Shown here: piece after piece, positions 12,801-25,886 of the stretch | How the letters are laid out: each line of letters begins with the position of its first letter | How positions within the stretch are numbered: position 1 is the first letter of the stretch | NCBI GenBank assembly: GCA_964187785.1 | Contig: OZ076412.1 | Coordinates: 63,612,001 to 63,676,000, forward strand | Direction: 5' to 3' | Origin: Amphiscolops sp. MND2022 | Taxonomy: Eukaryota | DNA length: 64,000 nucleotides | The notes under the pieces: generated by a model | The model's input: the letters and a program-made list of their open reading frames with translations, nothing else | Databases searched by the model: none | Told to the model about the DNA's origin: nothing | Made by a program: the position numbers and the translations under genes

Positions 12801-13859
12801 TTTTCCTCGAACAAGTAGTCATTTCCTGTATTTTCGATGAAAAAATCATTATGAACCGGAAATTGCGTCGACGATCCGTCAAATTTTAAGACACGGCAAA
12901 CTCAATCTGGTATTAGTCATCAACCATGATCATATCATTCCATTCAGACGTCCTTTTGATTCCTCCCAAGCAGGAAGTAGATATTACTTCAGTCTGTCAA
13001 ACCGGAAGTTTTTCCCCGTTTTACTGCTTTGGTTCGTAGGAAGTTTGACGCGGAGCTAACGCTGGCGTGAACCACTGATACTTGATTTTGATTTTCAACT
13101 TGAGAAATTGTGACAAATTGCCTGCGCTAAGAATACTTAGAGATGCTAGGAGAAGTAAAAAGATTGGCTTATGAGCTGAAAATCTAAATTATTTTTAGTT
13201 TAGATTTACATTTCTAGCTGTTAACACTCCAAATGAACATAATCTGACGACGTATTGACGTCAATTAATTTTTGGACGCTTTAATGATTTTAAATAGCAA
13301 CAAGCTGACAACAAAATGATTTGAGTAACAATGCTTACAAACATGAATGATATCCGTCAGCACAACGTCAACATTTTACAATTGGTTAATAGAACAGAAA
13401 CTAGGAAACTTTTAACATATAACTTCAGTATTAGGAAATATATGCAGCAAAAATGAGGGCATGGAAACGTTTTAACTAAACTTATTCAATTAGTGCTTTT
13501 CTGTAAATTAGGTTTGAAATGGCGATTATAGTCTCCAGATTGATTGGCTTTAAACTGGGTGACGTCGTAATATGGTCAATCTGAGTACAAATAGCAGTGT
13601 TAAATATGCACTAGAAAGCATAGTATAAAAGTACAACTGTACAAATATGTACTTGTAATATAAAATATATCCAACTTGTTCCGATTATAATTATAAACTG
13701 GGACTTTCGTTTCCGAAATCTAGAAGAGTTTTATTCATATTAAATCTTAAGGCGAGTTAGATCGATAGTAATCTAATTTTACGGGGAGTTGACGTCGGCT
13801 ACGGAATTCCTACTATTTCCCTAATTGAGTTAAAATGTAGCTTGAACAAAGATAGTGCG

Positions 13860-14005
13860 TTTGTTTTACGTTGTTATTTTCCGACCCACCGTTTCAAACG
13901 GGAGGAAATTCATCATCTATGTTGCGTTTTTTCAAATTTTCCGACCCACTTTTTCAATGGGGGAGGAAAATCATCATCTGTGTTGCGTTTTTTCCAAATT
14001 CTGCC
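13860..14005. repeat. Short tandem repeat, ~61 bp x ~2.3
   Basis: ttttccgacccac..gggaggaaa.tcatcatct.tgttgcgtttttt.caaatt is repeated. Confidence 0.75.
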
Positions 14006-14199
14006 AAAACTCCACGTTGTACAACTCCACTCCATTTACTCAGTCTCCCTGCTCAGCCTTCATCCTTCATACTGAGATGAGAAAAATATTTAAAGTAAAA
14101 ATGGCATTAAGATTTAAAGGGAATAAGATCTAAAATTTCAGGACGGGAATAAGATATAAAGGGAATAAGATCTAATTTCACTAACTTTTAGATATTATT

Positions 14200-15960
14200 A
14201 TTTAGATACTATTCCCCTCCCAAAATAGCTATAGCTTAAGTGATGAAGGCGAAAAGGGAAGAAAATATCCTGGTGCTTAGCGGGCGTCTTGTTTTTGCTA
14301 AAACGTCATATATTTTACTGTCTTAGATGGACTAAACGGCTATTTTGATGGATATTGGACGTAGCGTGGTCGTAAATTCGGAATGAAAACCTAGATAGCT
14401 ACAAAGTTAGTGACGTCATACCGACGACTAATTTGGAATACTCACAAAACTAGCTGGTTGCCTAGATGCGTAATGCTGACGTCACTAATATAGAAATATT
14501 TGTATGTACCACTGTCATTGTATGTAAAACGACGCAGTATCGTCCTATTCTACTTTAATTTCTGTTCAAAGTGCAATAATGCTGTCTTTTCCTAGAAGAA
14601 GAGAATAATGTATTTCGTTGTGCCATCTCAATGTAATTTCTGTTTCAGATCTGATTGATGTCTTTTCTTAGAAGGGATTTAGCTGTGTTTTCATTTATAT
14701 TAGTCTATGATCTTTTATTTCGAGACGCATTCTAATTTATAGCTTCCAGGTGTTGAATGTTTTTACTCTGAGATGACAAAAGTGCCTTACCGGAAGTGCG
14801 TGAAATCATTTTAGCTCATTTTATTTTCTTTTTCCATTTCTTTTGAACTTTGCACGAAGTGGACAGGTATTTTGCGTTTCCGGTCACAGTTCATTTCAGA
14901 AATGAGTTTTAGTTGTTTGTCAGTGATTAAATTACCATCTTGGCCGATCGCAATTAATCTACAGGAGCATCCCAAACCGGGAGCGGTTGTGACAGAATGT
15001 AGGACAAAACAAAAATTTTGGAAAGAAAACCTCTTTTTGTGTGACTATATCGTACGAAACTTGTTCAAAAATAAACACAATAAAGAGGTTTCATTGAAGA
15101 TTGTTTGTCAAGAACTTGTTGGTAGAATAGACCGAAACTCTGTTGAGGTTAAAAAGCATGAACCGTAGGATTTCGCCCTCTCTCCAGGTGATTTTTCCTG
15201 GAAGAAATTCTGGGGGCTTCACGGACCATTAAGGCAATGGTGTTTCCTTGTCCTGCTCCACATTGGACCTGTCATAACATAAGTTAGTACTATTAAATTT
15301 GTTTACTTTTCAAAACCATGTAGTTTATGCTAACGTATCTAATCGGTTTGTTAGTGTTTCTGTTGCTTGCCGTATGTTATGTTGATCATTCTCACCGTCT
15401 GAGTGGATCGGTATCACATCGTCTTCCGGGTTTGTCGGATCGGCGCCTTTCGCCTAATGCGTTCTGCTGTGTCGTAATAAACACATTCTCCCGTTTCTCC
15501 CGGCATTTCTTCTTAGTCAGCGTATCGGTATCTGTCGTTTTGCGTTTTTAAACTATTTTCAATTTGCCGTTCGGGAATATCTCATCCTATCTGCTGTCAT
15601 TTCTGTCCAGTCACCGTAGACAGTGTCTCTTCTTCGGTGTGATCTCATCGCTTGTTAGTGCTTATCGCTTCTGTTCTTCTTCTCCGTCTGAAACATTGAA
15701 CACGAAAAAATAATTTCGGTATCTTATTTTCCCGGAGTGGATTTTTAAAGTGTTTTCGGTTCCGACAATTGCGGTTTGAATTTTGTTTTGAAATCTCCAT
15801 ACCAATGGTTTCTCATTATGGCTCTCTCCACGATTTTGAAAAGATAGCAAGCCGAGCGTTTCTTCTGCAGTGATTTTGGTTCTTTGTTCAATTGTCGTTC
15901 TCCTGCTTTGGCTATCTTCATGACTATATGCTTTTCGTCTAAGAGTTCTCTCTTTAACAA
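14200..15960 (-). mobile_element. Gypsy remnant: integrase C-terminus plus probable 3' LTR starting at ~15279
   Basis: Minus-strand peptides RNHWYGDFKTKFKPQLSEP and DEIFPNGKLKI resemble the integrase GPY/F tail. A TGTTATGACAGG start follows; the left LTR boundary is not resolved. Confidence 0.45.
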
Positions 15961-17420
15961 AATTTTCTATACACTCAGAAAATTGTTGTGTAATCCGGGA
16001 CCATGAAATGCGGAAACTAAGACAAAAAGTTGCCGACAGCTCTGCGGCACCGCTAATGTTTTAAGTATTTGTTATTGGATTCCACAGAATTGCGTTGACG
16101 GTGTCTCGGTTCCCACAAATATAATGGGAATTTATCAATTTTGCACGTTTCGAGACATGTCTGTGGAATCTAAGGGGTTACACGCACAGAATTGTGTTTG
16201 TAGAAATTTAGCTTGTCTATGCACTGTAATGCTTCTAAAAAAATTCCTAATCTGTCTGGTTCGATTTTAATAAAATACCGTGAATTTGAAACGTTTGTTA
16301 GGAAACTCAACAATTCCTCAGGTTTCCGACATCTCACAAGTTTTCAGTGTCGGTCATATGCTAAATTGGTCAATTGCAGTTCCTCTTTGTACGTCGCCGT
16401 TTATGTTCATGTTATGAAGTTTTCCGGTGAAATCGATTTGGATTTCGTGTCTCGGATTACCTAACGTTTTGAGGCTCGAGCTTTGCGAGGTGCCCGTATG
16501 GTGACATTTTTGTTCGCAGATTTCGTGACATGTGCCAAATTTTCAAAATTGATAGGCAAATTTCTCAAAACCATGACAGATATGGACACCATGATTTCGC
16601 TAAAGGTAGTGCAAGATCCCCGGCTATATTTTCTTCGAAAAAAAATGTGCAAAAAATTAGTTTCATGGGTTTTTTTCACTAAAAACTGAGGTGGTTTTTA
16701 TCTTCGATCCCCTATATCGCAAAACTGAGACTGAATACAGGGCACAAGGTTTCGTTAAATGTATAAGCGTTTCATAGGCTACATTTTAGCCTAAAAATGA
16801 CGTCAAAATTTTTTTCGGACTGGACTTGGTTTTTCGAGCAAAAAAACAAACATTTTTTCTCATTCAAAGCTCATATTTCTCAAAACAGATGAAAGATACA
16901 GAAAACATCTTCTTTCGAGAAAAACATCATGGATGTAGACTTCTTTTTGAACCAACAAAGGTTCCGTCATCAAGTTTGACGCCTTCGTTTTTCCGCCAGA
17001 GATACTTGAATCAAAATAAATTCTTGGTTCTTTTTCACTTGGGCTCCAATATCTCATGACCGAGACAAAATATGGTGTTATGGTTTCGTTAATTTTACGA
17101 AGCTTATGTTGGCTACGTTTTAGGCTAAAAATGACGTCGGAAGTTTTCTCGCTCTGGATTTTTTTGAGCAAATAAAGTAATAAAAAACTTGTCTACTGTT
17201 TTTCCATTTTTTCCAACTTGTAGCAGCTTTTCCTCAGAACTGAAAATACGAAAACTATTCCCCTCTACCGAGACAAGGATGTGGGCTACTTTTGGCACTA
17301 TCAAAGTTTCCGTCATGAAGTATGAAGCCTTCGGATTTCTGCCAAAAATACATTTTTTTCATTTTTAAAGAAAAATTTTTTCCTTCATCTTTTTATTCCT
17401 TTCATCGAAATAGCATGAAT
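15960..17420. repeat. Non-coding repetitive insert with an internal ~340-bp diverged duplication (non-autonomous DNA element-like)
   Basis: 16725-17060 resembles 17060-17360 (ggtttcgtta..ggctac.ttttag.ctaaaaatgacgtc; ttccgtcat.aagt.tga.gccttcg). No credible ORF. Confidence 0.45.
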
Positions 17421-17449
17421 CGAAACTAGATATGTTCACTAAGTTTTAG

Positions 17450-18770
17450 GCTCCGGTATGTATTCATTTTGTAGCACATCCTTCAGACCACTGAACGTTT
17501 TTGCTCGAGCCCCAGCGCGACATGCCGTCGCGCCTATGTTTTCGTTCTATGTGGTGATTTTTGACAAATGGTATTCCGTAGTTGAACCTGTTGCGACTTA
17601 TGCTGCGCAGTATTCATTCGGTTTTCAATATCTTCGTCGATCTCCAGTCACCAGAAAACTTCGCTTCGAACACCATCTTTTTCGCGCCGGCTGGACGGAA
17701 AGGTTGTATATTCAATAGCTGAGGGCCACGATTGTTTCGCCTACAAAGACCAGTCTCCATTGGATTGACAGTTTTTTAGAACCGGTATGAACCCTTCTGG
17801 GCCGTCTCTTTGTCATCTCGTCTCATGCTAATCCTGACCCGTGTAAATGTTAATGCGATTGCAAATCTGGATGTGAGGCTCTTTGGATCCATCAAAAATT
17901 CAAGTTAGGCCTTTTGATTGTATCTTCATTTATCTTTTTTTGGTAGATAACTGGCCCACACAATGTTCACTCTGCATATAGTGTGTTTCTTTCCTTTCGG
18001 TTTTGAATAGAAAAACGTTCACTATATGCAAAGAAGTACAGGGATTCTACGATTGGCCAATTATCTCGCCGAAGCACTTCACTATCTTCCTCCGTATCAG
18101 CGGGCTCGGATTCTATTTCACCGGATTTTTGGGTGCTTCATAGGTGGCTTGTCAATAGCCAACTCCGGTCGGTTTGTTCGTTGTGGTGACTCCGAATGGA
18201 GTTTGGCAACCTCATCTCAAGGTGCCTGGCCCGGATAGTTTGTTCCATTATCCTTTGTTCCACTAGTCGTCGGGTCTTTGGGATGTTGTTACGTTGTCGT
18301 ATAATATCCATATTTTCCGGGGTTGCGCCCTAATTGTAAAAACATTCTCGATCCATTTCGATAACGTATTTGCTCAATTCTTACTGTTTTGGAGAGCTTT
18401 TTTCCAATTGTTCTTTTGTCCAATTTGGTCATTTGTCCGTTTCGTTCTTAAATCAGCCTTTGGAGGATCTTTACTTTCAGGATCCAATGTAAAAAGTGCA
18501 ATTACCTGTTGACTTGTTTTGAAGAATACACGTCAAAATCTCCTATGTTGAAGTTGACTTGATACGCATTTGGAAATTGAGAAGGAAAAAACGGTTGAAA
18601 TGTCTTTCAACAGAAAATTCAGAAACAAATACTTTGGGCAAACCACCTCATGAATCTATTGAGTCTGGAAGACATCAAGGTCTGAAAATGCCGCCAAAGT
18701 AGGATGCTTTTATGAAGTATGTCGATTAAAGTCCATAAGAAGGCAAATATTTTCACATGAAAGTTTCTGT
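17450..18770 (-). pseudogene. Heavily degraded Gypsy gag/pol remnant
   Basis: VRSEVFW*LEIDEDIENRMNT at ~17600-17680 resembles the integrase zinc-binding segment (ARxxVWWPGIDxDIE). Confidence 0.45.
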
Positions 18771-18777
18771 AAGTGTT

Positions 18778-21700
18778 TGTAACAGCTACTTGCACTTATT
18801 TTGCCCTGAAGCTTGGGAAGCTTTACGCCGCCCTGATCCGTTGCATAGTACTGTGGACCGTTTCTAAACAAATCATGGTTTTCTTGATATACGGACTGTA
18901 TCATTTGCCAGGTGGGTCCGATGTGACCCGTAGGATCTCCTGCGATCCCTCTTCGCACTTGTTTATTTCTTCTGAGACCCGTCACACACTTTCCTCACTG
19001 TCTCTTCTCGCGCTCCGGCTGTCCAACTTTGAGAGTCGCTACTTGTTCGCTCTGACTCTAGCGAAACGTTGTGATGATGGAGAAGTTAGTTTATTAGTCT
19101 CTTGGTGCTAAGACCCATTTTTACTACAACTTTTCTGTCGTTCAAATTTTTATCTAATATTAGTATAAATCTGGTTTACAATTCTTTTGTAAATATAGAG
19201 CTAATATCAGATGAAATATGCGGTATAAATAATGACATTGAAGTGAATTATTAAAATTATTAGCTATTTAAACAAACCACTTGGTGGATCTGGACCTTTG
19301 GTTAGGTTGTCTCATAAGCACGTTTACACATTGTAAATATCATCAATTGCAACAGAGTTACATTCTAACGTGGTCATATGGGTAAATGAAAATGTTTACA
19401 TTTTGTCTCATAGGACCATGAAAACCACACATGTGAAGGGTAATTAGGGTTATAATGGGTGATTGTCCTTGGAACTGAGCTGGGTTGTTCGTGTTGGGTA
19501 CTTGCATATATGTGCCAAGTTTCAAGACTCTCTAGTTAATAGACTTTGAAACAACCCGTGAACCATTGAAAGCTCACTCATGGAAAAGTGAGTCGTTTCT
19601 TTCAAACTTGTTTGGCATGCACGAGGAGGATTTCTGAACGGAAGTCTTGCCGACCATTGTCTACAACAAATGTTTCTCACCACCTTTTTAAACATTCTGT
19701 GAGGAGTTTCGAGATTCCTTTGTTTGCAAGATTCACTTCTGGGTGTGATGTTGCTCCGTTTCTGCATGCTCAGCTATTATCTTTTGTTATGTCTTTCCGA
19801 TCAATTCGGTGGGAATAGTTAGATTATCGAGAGGTTTTGACTCCAACATAGGCGCGGAGAGCTTTCTTTCGTGAACTAATTTCACTGTACTTTCTGGCGT
19901 CGAATGTACTGCTAGTGCAATAATGGACTTAGTCCCGTTTTCGGGTGTTTCAGTTTTGTCCATCCGACCTGAGAGTTTTGCAACACTGTCGACTGATGAA
20001 ATACTTCTGAAGCTAGTCCCTTGACTGCTAGACGTTTTCGATAATTCTTTTTCCTTTCCGGCTATTCTGGCTTTGCGGGCTAGCTCTTCTTGAAAGTAAG
20101 CAATTTCATTTTGTCGTGCTTCGCGGCTCAATTGGGTTTGCAGTTCTTCATTCTCTTTCAGAGCTTTTGTAATCCAATAAAGAATTCGTCTCGCAGTTGA
20201 AATTTCTGAAATCGTAGAGGTCTTGTTGCTTCTGATTTTATCACGTTTTGAATAAGTGCCCGATTCCTCTTTTGGTTTTGATCCAGACTCGCTCCATTGG
20301 TCTTGAAATTCATTCAATCTCTGATCCTCTGCGTTCTCTAACGCTACAAGGACCAATCGCTCTTCATAAGACACCTTCGGTCTAACTGTTATTCTCTTGT
20401 CCATCTGGATTGTTTTGTCAGACACCTTACACTTTTCTCCGAGTAGTGATGTCACAGCGCTGACTAAAAATTTCACATCAGACTTGTTTTGTCCAATGAT
20501 AAAACGAAATTCTTGGGAATCCGTTTCACTAGCAGCTTTCGTTATACAGCAAATTTTGCCTGTTGGACACGTCTTTGTTCAGCAGTTTTGTGCGAGGAAA
20601 TCTCATAAATGCGTCTGCAGATGTTGCATTTGTCGTATGGCTGTTTCAACGCACTTGTCCCGTCATTTGGACACTTCGATATTCAGCTGGCTTCAGGTAA
20701 CCAATTTCCCAAATTCGATTTTAATTTCGCAAAGCATTCTTCCTATTCAGTCACACTTCCGCAGAACTGTCTTTGCGATTTTTCTTTCGCTAGGTTCAAC
20801 ATGGAGTCTACACAAAACAGGAACGCTTGTCTTTTCTCGCGGTATTCAATTACGTGATCAATCAAGTTGCTTTTGGATACAGCAGCTTCTTTCTCATCGA
20901 GCTTGTCATCCAAGTCTGTAACCAACGTATGGATTTTTATACTTGTATGGGTACACTATTCCTATAGAGGCTCCACGCGTACCAATCGGACGCATTCTCC
21001 AAAACTTTTGGTTTGAGTTCCATCCATTCTTGTCTCTGCTTTGTGTTTCTTTTGTCAAAAACAATTGTCAATCGATCGAGGGTGCCGCACCCCGTGCCTT
21101 TCTTTGTTTTGGCTTTCATTTGTTCAAATCACCCTTTTGTTTCACTGAGGGCTTTCGATCGTCACAATTGTTTCCTGTAGACTTTGTCACTCTTCCCCAA
21201 TTCTGCAATTTCTCAGATACAAAGGGTCAACTGCTCAATCAATCGTCAATTCTTGAAGTTTCGATACAATACTGTTGATTATATTTGTCTTCTTTGTCGA
21301 GCTTGATTGTTCCGGTGGATCTTGTCCCTCGTCACAAGATCTTTGCGTCAATCAGGTGTACGTTTCCGAAGTATACAAAGGGTAAGAAAAGTGGAATTAA
21401 TGCACAATTACCTCCAGAAAGCGGCTAAAGATCAACTCCCAGAGTACGCAACAGAAGAAATTACCATAGTCACAATAGTCCAAGCTCCCATAGTCAGAAT
21501 AGCCCAAGCTTCCAGAGTCACAGTACCGCAATCTCCCAGAGTCACAAAATTGCCGTATTTCTTGGGCCATCTTCTTGGTTCTTGGTTATGTCCACCAACG
21601 AGTCGTCTTTTTTCTCGTTTTCTCTGTCCGGGTCGCCGGATCAGTTATCACGGCTGCTTGCCTTTATCTTGCCTGAAACTTGAGTGACTTTACGCCACCC

Positions 21701-22430
21701 TGATCTGTTGCTTAATACTGCGAACCGTTACTGAACAACTCCTGTTTTGCTTGTTTTAAAGGTCTGTATCTTTTGGCTGGGGAATCCGATGGGACCGTAG
21801 GACCTTCTCGCGATCCTTCTTTGCACATGTTTGGATCTTCTGTGACCCGTCAAACACTTCTCTCACTGTTTCTTCACGCGCTCCGGCTCTCCATCTATGA
21901 GAGTAGCTAAGTGTTCGCTCTGACTCTAGCTAAAAGTTGTTAAGATTCAGAAGTTAGTTTTTTAGACTCTTGGTCCTAAGACCCAACTTCACTACAGCTA
22001 TTCTGTCCTTCAAATCTCTATCTAATAATGGTATAAGTCTGGTTTACTACTCTTTTCCGTAAATATATAGCAAATATAAGTTTAAATATGCGGTATGAAA
22101 CATGACATTCAAATGAATTATTAAAGTTATTGACTATGTAAACAAACCACGTGGTGGGTTTTGAACTTTAGTTAGGTGGTCTCATAAGCATGTTTACACA
22201 ATGTAAATATCACCAATTGCATCAGAGCTACATTCAAACGTGGTCATATAGGTAAATAATGATGTTTACATTTTGGCTCAAATGACCTTGAATACCACAC
22301 ATGTGTGGGGTAAAGGGAGTTATAATGGGTGATTGACTTTGAAACTTAGCTGGGGTGTTCGTGCTGGGTACTTGCATATATGTCCAAAGTTCCAAGACTG
22401 TCTGGTTAACAGACTTCAAGAAAACCCGTT
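18778..22430 (-). mobile_element. Old LTR-like element: two ~750-bp diverged direct repeats flanking gag-like remnants
   Basis: 18778-19560 aligns with 21646-22430 throughout (~75-80% by eye). Between them are minus-strand ORF 19787-20476 (229 aa, charged/coiled-coil-like) and a 24-bp x3.5 repeat at 21455-21555. No RT was seen. Confidence 0.5.
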
Positions 22431-24538
22431 GGGGGGGGGTTAGCTCAAAAATTGATGACTGGATTTTTTTCCTGAAAATCATCTAAGCTTTTAAAAGTTT
22501 AAGTCTAGTTTCCCAACCAGCACGTTCCAAATTCAGTTTTTTTTTGCCTGCTGAAGACTGGCGCAACAGAGTTTTAGAACTTCATAATAATAGTTGGTGG
22601 CAACTATAAAAAACTTGCGAAAGTTTTAACCAATTTCAACTGGGGTGGTTATGTTTACGATTGTAATTAAAACTCAAGCTTCTATCTGGACGCTTTGCTT
22701 TGAAAACTGACGAGCCATTTGGTTTTTGACAGTTTGTTTGAGAACAAATAAAGTAAAGAATAAAGTGAAGGTAGAAGAAATCTTTTAAAATGGTGTTTAT
22801 TTCCATCGTTTTTGACAAAGCACTAACTGAACGCCAAACTTTGTTGTGTGCTGTAGCAGATTTTCAAAACAGTCATGAAAATGCTCTGACGCCAATCATT
22901 GTATTTTTTTTATCAAACTAATTTAACTCTTTCACTGTCTGTTGTCTATTCGGATCTGATCTGAATAGCCAGCAGATAGTCACAAAAGTAATTACCAGTC
23001 ATTTCAATGATAGATTAGCCCCAAACTTGTCGCCAGTTTTTTTTCAATCTTATCTATGATACTGACTGCTTTTAATTTACGAATATCTATCAATTAGATT
23101 AGAGTTTTTTCACAATGTTGGGGTAAAAACAACAACATTTCTACCGTAAAGCATAGACTGTCGGTTTTCATTCGGGTATGGGCGGGTAAAATGTTAACCG
23201 CTTTTATTGTTAATTTTTTCAGATGTCTTCAGCATTTCAGAGCCCTACTGGGCAACACACAATTATTGAAATCGGTAAAAAGCAACCTTTTGATGTTGAC
23301 TTGAAAACATCAGAAAGATAAAACATAAAATCATTTTAATGAATATTCATTGTATAAGTGGATAATGCCATTTTTCGTGGGGTTTCACAGTAATGTTTTT
23401 CCATACACGGTGTTGATGGTTCTTTGTTTGGAAAGATTGAAAAACCGATCAAATTGAATTTCCTTTACGCCGCTGCGCTTTTGTTTGAATAGAAACGAAA
23501 ATAACAGTAGGCATTCATTAGTTTAGAACAAAATTTTTTGACATATGCAAGTTGTCGGGTTTTTTGTTTTAATCCGCCGATTTTCTATTTTCTGTCCACA
23601 ACATTTTGTTTAGTGAATATTTCTGTCTTGTTGTTGTCAATGGCGCAAACTGGAAACAATTGACATTTAATTACACGATCCCTGTGCTGACTTATTCCTA
23701 AGTCGCCATAAGGGTTCAGAAATAAGATTTAAGTTGCTATTATTTGTCTTACGTGCTATTTTTAAACCAGCTTGGCCCTTCTTTGCCGCCGGGAACTTCG
23801 TGAAAGTCTGAGATGTTATCAGATGTTAAATGGTGTGAAAAATTATTCTACAGATTTGCTACATTCTCAAGCGCCCGTTTATTATTAACGCGCAATATTC
23901 AACGACTCTTCAAAATTATTCCGATTCTCAGTCGCAGTTCACTAGTGCCATGATCTGACCTTTGCAAAATTATGAATTGAAGTTTTTCCTTCTTTTGCCA
24001 ATACATTGCGCACATGCTGGGTTTGCAGCCAAACAATTTTAAACTACATATATACAAGGTACATTTGTTTTCATAAATTTCAATATTTCAGTTTAAAGTT
24101 TATAAATTTAAACGTTCATATTAGAGTTGGGATAGATGGTAAGTCCATTCATGGATCATCAATTGGACCACTCTTAGATAGCATCGACGATGCATTAGTC
24201 AACTGAACGTTTTCAACCCTAGTAACTTTTTATGATAGTGCACGATGTAACGATTGCGACTACCGGTGGACGAATAATTTAGACTAGCTGAGATATCATT
24301 TCATAGATGCTTGAAACTGATAAAGTTTACTTTCTACTGGTTTAACGACCAATGTTGCAAATGTCTGTCTCCAGGGAATGACCATCCTGGCTGACAAAAA
24401 TTCACTTTTTGACTTTTACTCTATTCAAATTATTGTGATAACTTTTGGAAGATTTTTCGGAAAAGATAGTTATCAGTAAAATAAGTGTGTCATTGAAATA
24501 TGTTACAAGGTTCGCTTACCAATTTCTCAAGAATTGAG

Positions 24539-24908
24539 AAATATTTATTTTGTATTTTCCTTTGCTGTCTACTAAAATTGTTGGCAGTATAATCAAAATC
24601 TTGAAAGGGAGTTCGAAGACTTGTATTCTTTTTAAAAAGGTCTGGTCTTACTGTTGTACGAAATCAATGACGTTTTGAGTACTTTGGTAGTCATACTGGA
24701 CGATTAATGTTTCTGAAGCTGTATACAGCTTCAGAAACATTAATCGTCCAGTATGACTACCAAAGTACTCAAAACGTCATTGATTTCGTACAACAGTAAG
24801 ACCAGACCTTTTTAAAAAGAATACAAGTCTTCGAACTCCCTTTCAAGATTTTGATTATACTGCCAACAATTTTAGCAGACAGCAAAGGAAAATACAAAAT
24901 AAATATTT
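24539..24908. repeat. 370-bp spacer-less palindrome
   Basis: Centre gta|tac at 24723/24724; 185-bp arms with one mismatch (24571/24876). Confidence 0.97.
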
Positions 24909-24925
24909 ATTTACAGTCTATATAA

Positions 24926-25077
24926 CATTTACAGTCTATGCCACAGACCTCAAATTTAAGATTTTCAAATCCACAGTTCAAAATAATCTCGGTTGATAAT
25001 ATATTATCAACCGAGATTATTTTGAACTGTGGATTTGAAAATCTTAAATTTGAGGTCTGTGGCATAGACTGTAAATG
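24926..25077. repeat. 152-bp spacer-less palindrome
   Basis: Centre gataata|tattatc at 25001/25002; 76-bp arms. Confidence 0.97.
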
Positions 25078-25686
25078 AACTTTAAATAACTCTATAGAGG
25101 GGTACATGTATACCGTCCTTGTGACATGTACCCCAATAAGCATTGATGATAGTCTGGCTAAGATTGGTTTGTGGGAAATACAGTTAGTCACCTAGATAGA
25201 GTTTGTTAATTAGAGACAGCCTATTCTATATTTTACTGTTAGTTGAACATTTTGGATACCATTCTTTTCACCACAACTATAGAATACAACTTGGTGCAGT
25301 CACGAATACAATTATCCCAAAAACGAGACTGCTCGATCTATCAGAAAAAAACATTATATTTTGACCATTTCCTATGATTTTGAGCACTTGTTATGCGGCG
25401 CTTGATGAATGAATCACACCACACTAGTGAAGAATAAAGATGCCACAATAGTCAGGGGCAATAAGAGCTCCGGAAGCTCTACCTTTATCTGTCAGTAGAC
25501 TCCCTTTTGGCGCTAGGAAAATCCTAATTAAAGAACCATAAATAGGCTATACAACAAACATTCTATCGAAAAGTTATAGCAAATTGGTGACGCCCTTCTA
25601 ACGCAAAACTCAAGAAGACTACATAGCAGACAATGCTTCTCAACTATATCGCCAAATGCTCATTCGCCTGGAAGTAACCAAGTGAC

Positions 25687-25886
25687 NNNNNNNNNNNNNN
25701 NNNNNNNNNNNNNNNNNNNNNNNNNNNNNNNNNNNNNNNNNNNNNNNNNNNNNNNNNNNNNNNNNNNNNNNNNNNNNNNNNNNNNNNNNNNNNNNNNNNN
25801 NNNNNNNNNNNNNNNNNNNNNNNNNNNNNNNNNNNNNNNNNNNNNNNNNNNNNNNNNNNNNNNNNNNNNNNNNNNNNNNNNNNNNN
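25687..25886. other. Assembly gap (200 N)
   Basis: Run of N. Confidence 1.

Larger units (their letters stand above)
1..13100 (-). mobile_element. Degenerate Ty3/Gypsy LTR retrotransposon (element 1), relative of element 2; 3' LTR lies outside the window; far boundary of the 5' LTR not determined
   Basis: Minus-strand fragments give gag with two zinc knuckles (CFSCNNFGHFKAEC, CDTCRKPHKTEDC), protease (GLVDSG), RT (PLPFSKYASPIF..., QCVDDFG), RNase H (MTAASF) and integrase (HPGITK..C..C, GCEPS), all similar to element 2 Pol. It has the same LTR-end/PBS junction (CA|TGGTGACAGGA at 12202-12190). Confidence 0.9.

Noticed and set aside
22910-23110. Weak inverted repeat
   Set aside because: Too degenerate and AT-rich to distinguish from chance.
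24100-24420. Possible minus-strand exons (RMVIPWRQTFATLVVKPVE)
   Set aside because: The obvious splice join is out of phase and hits a stop; insufficient support.
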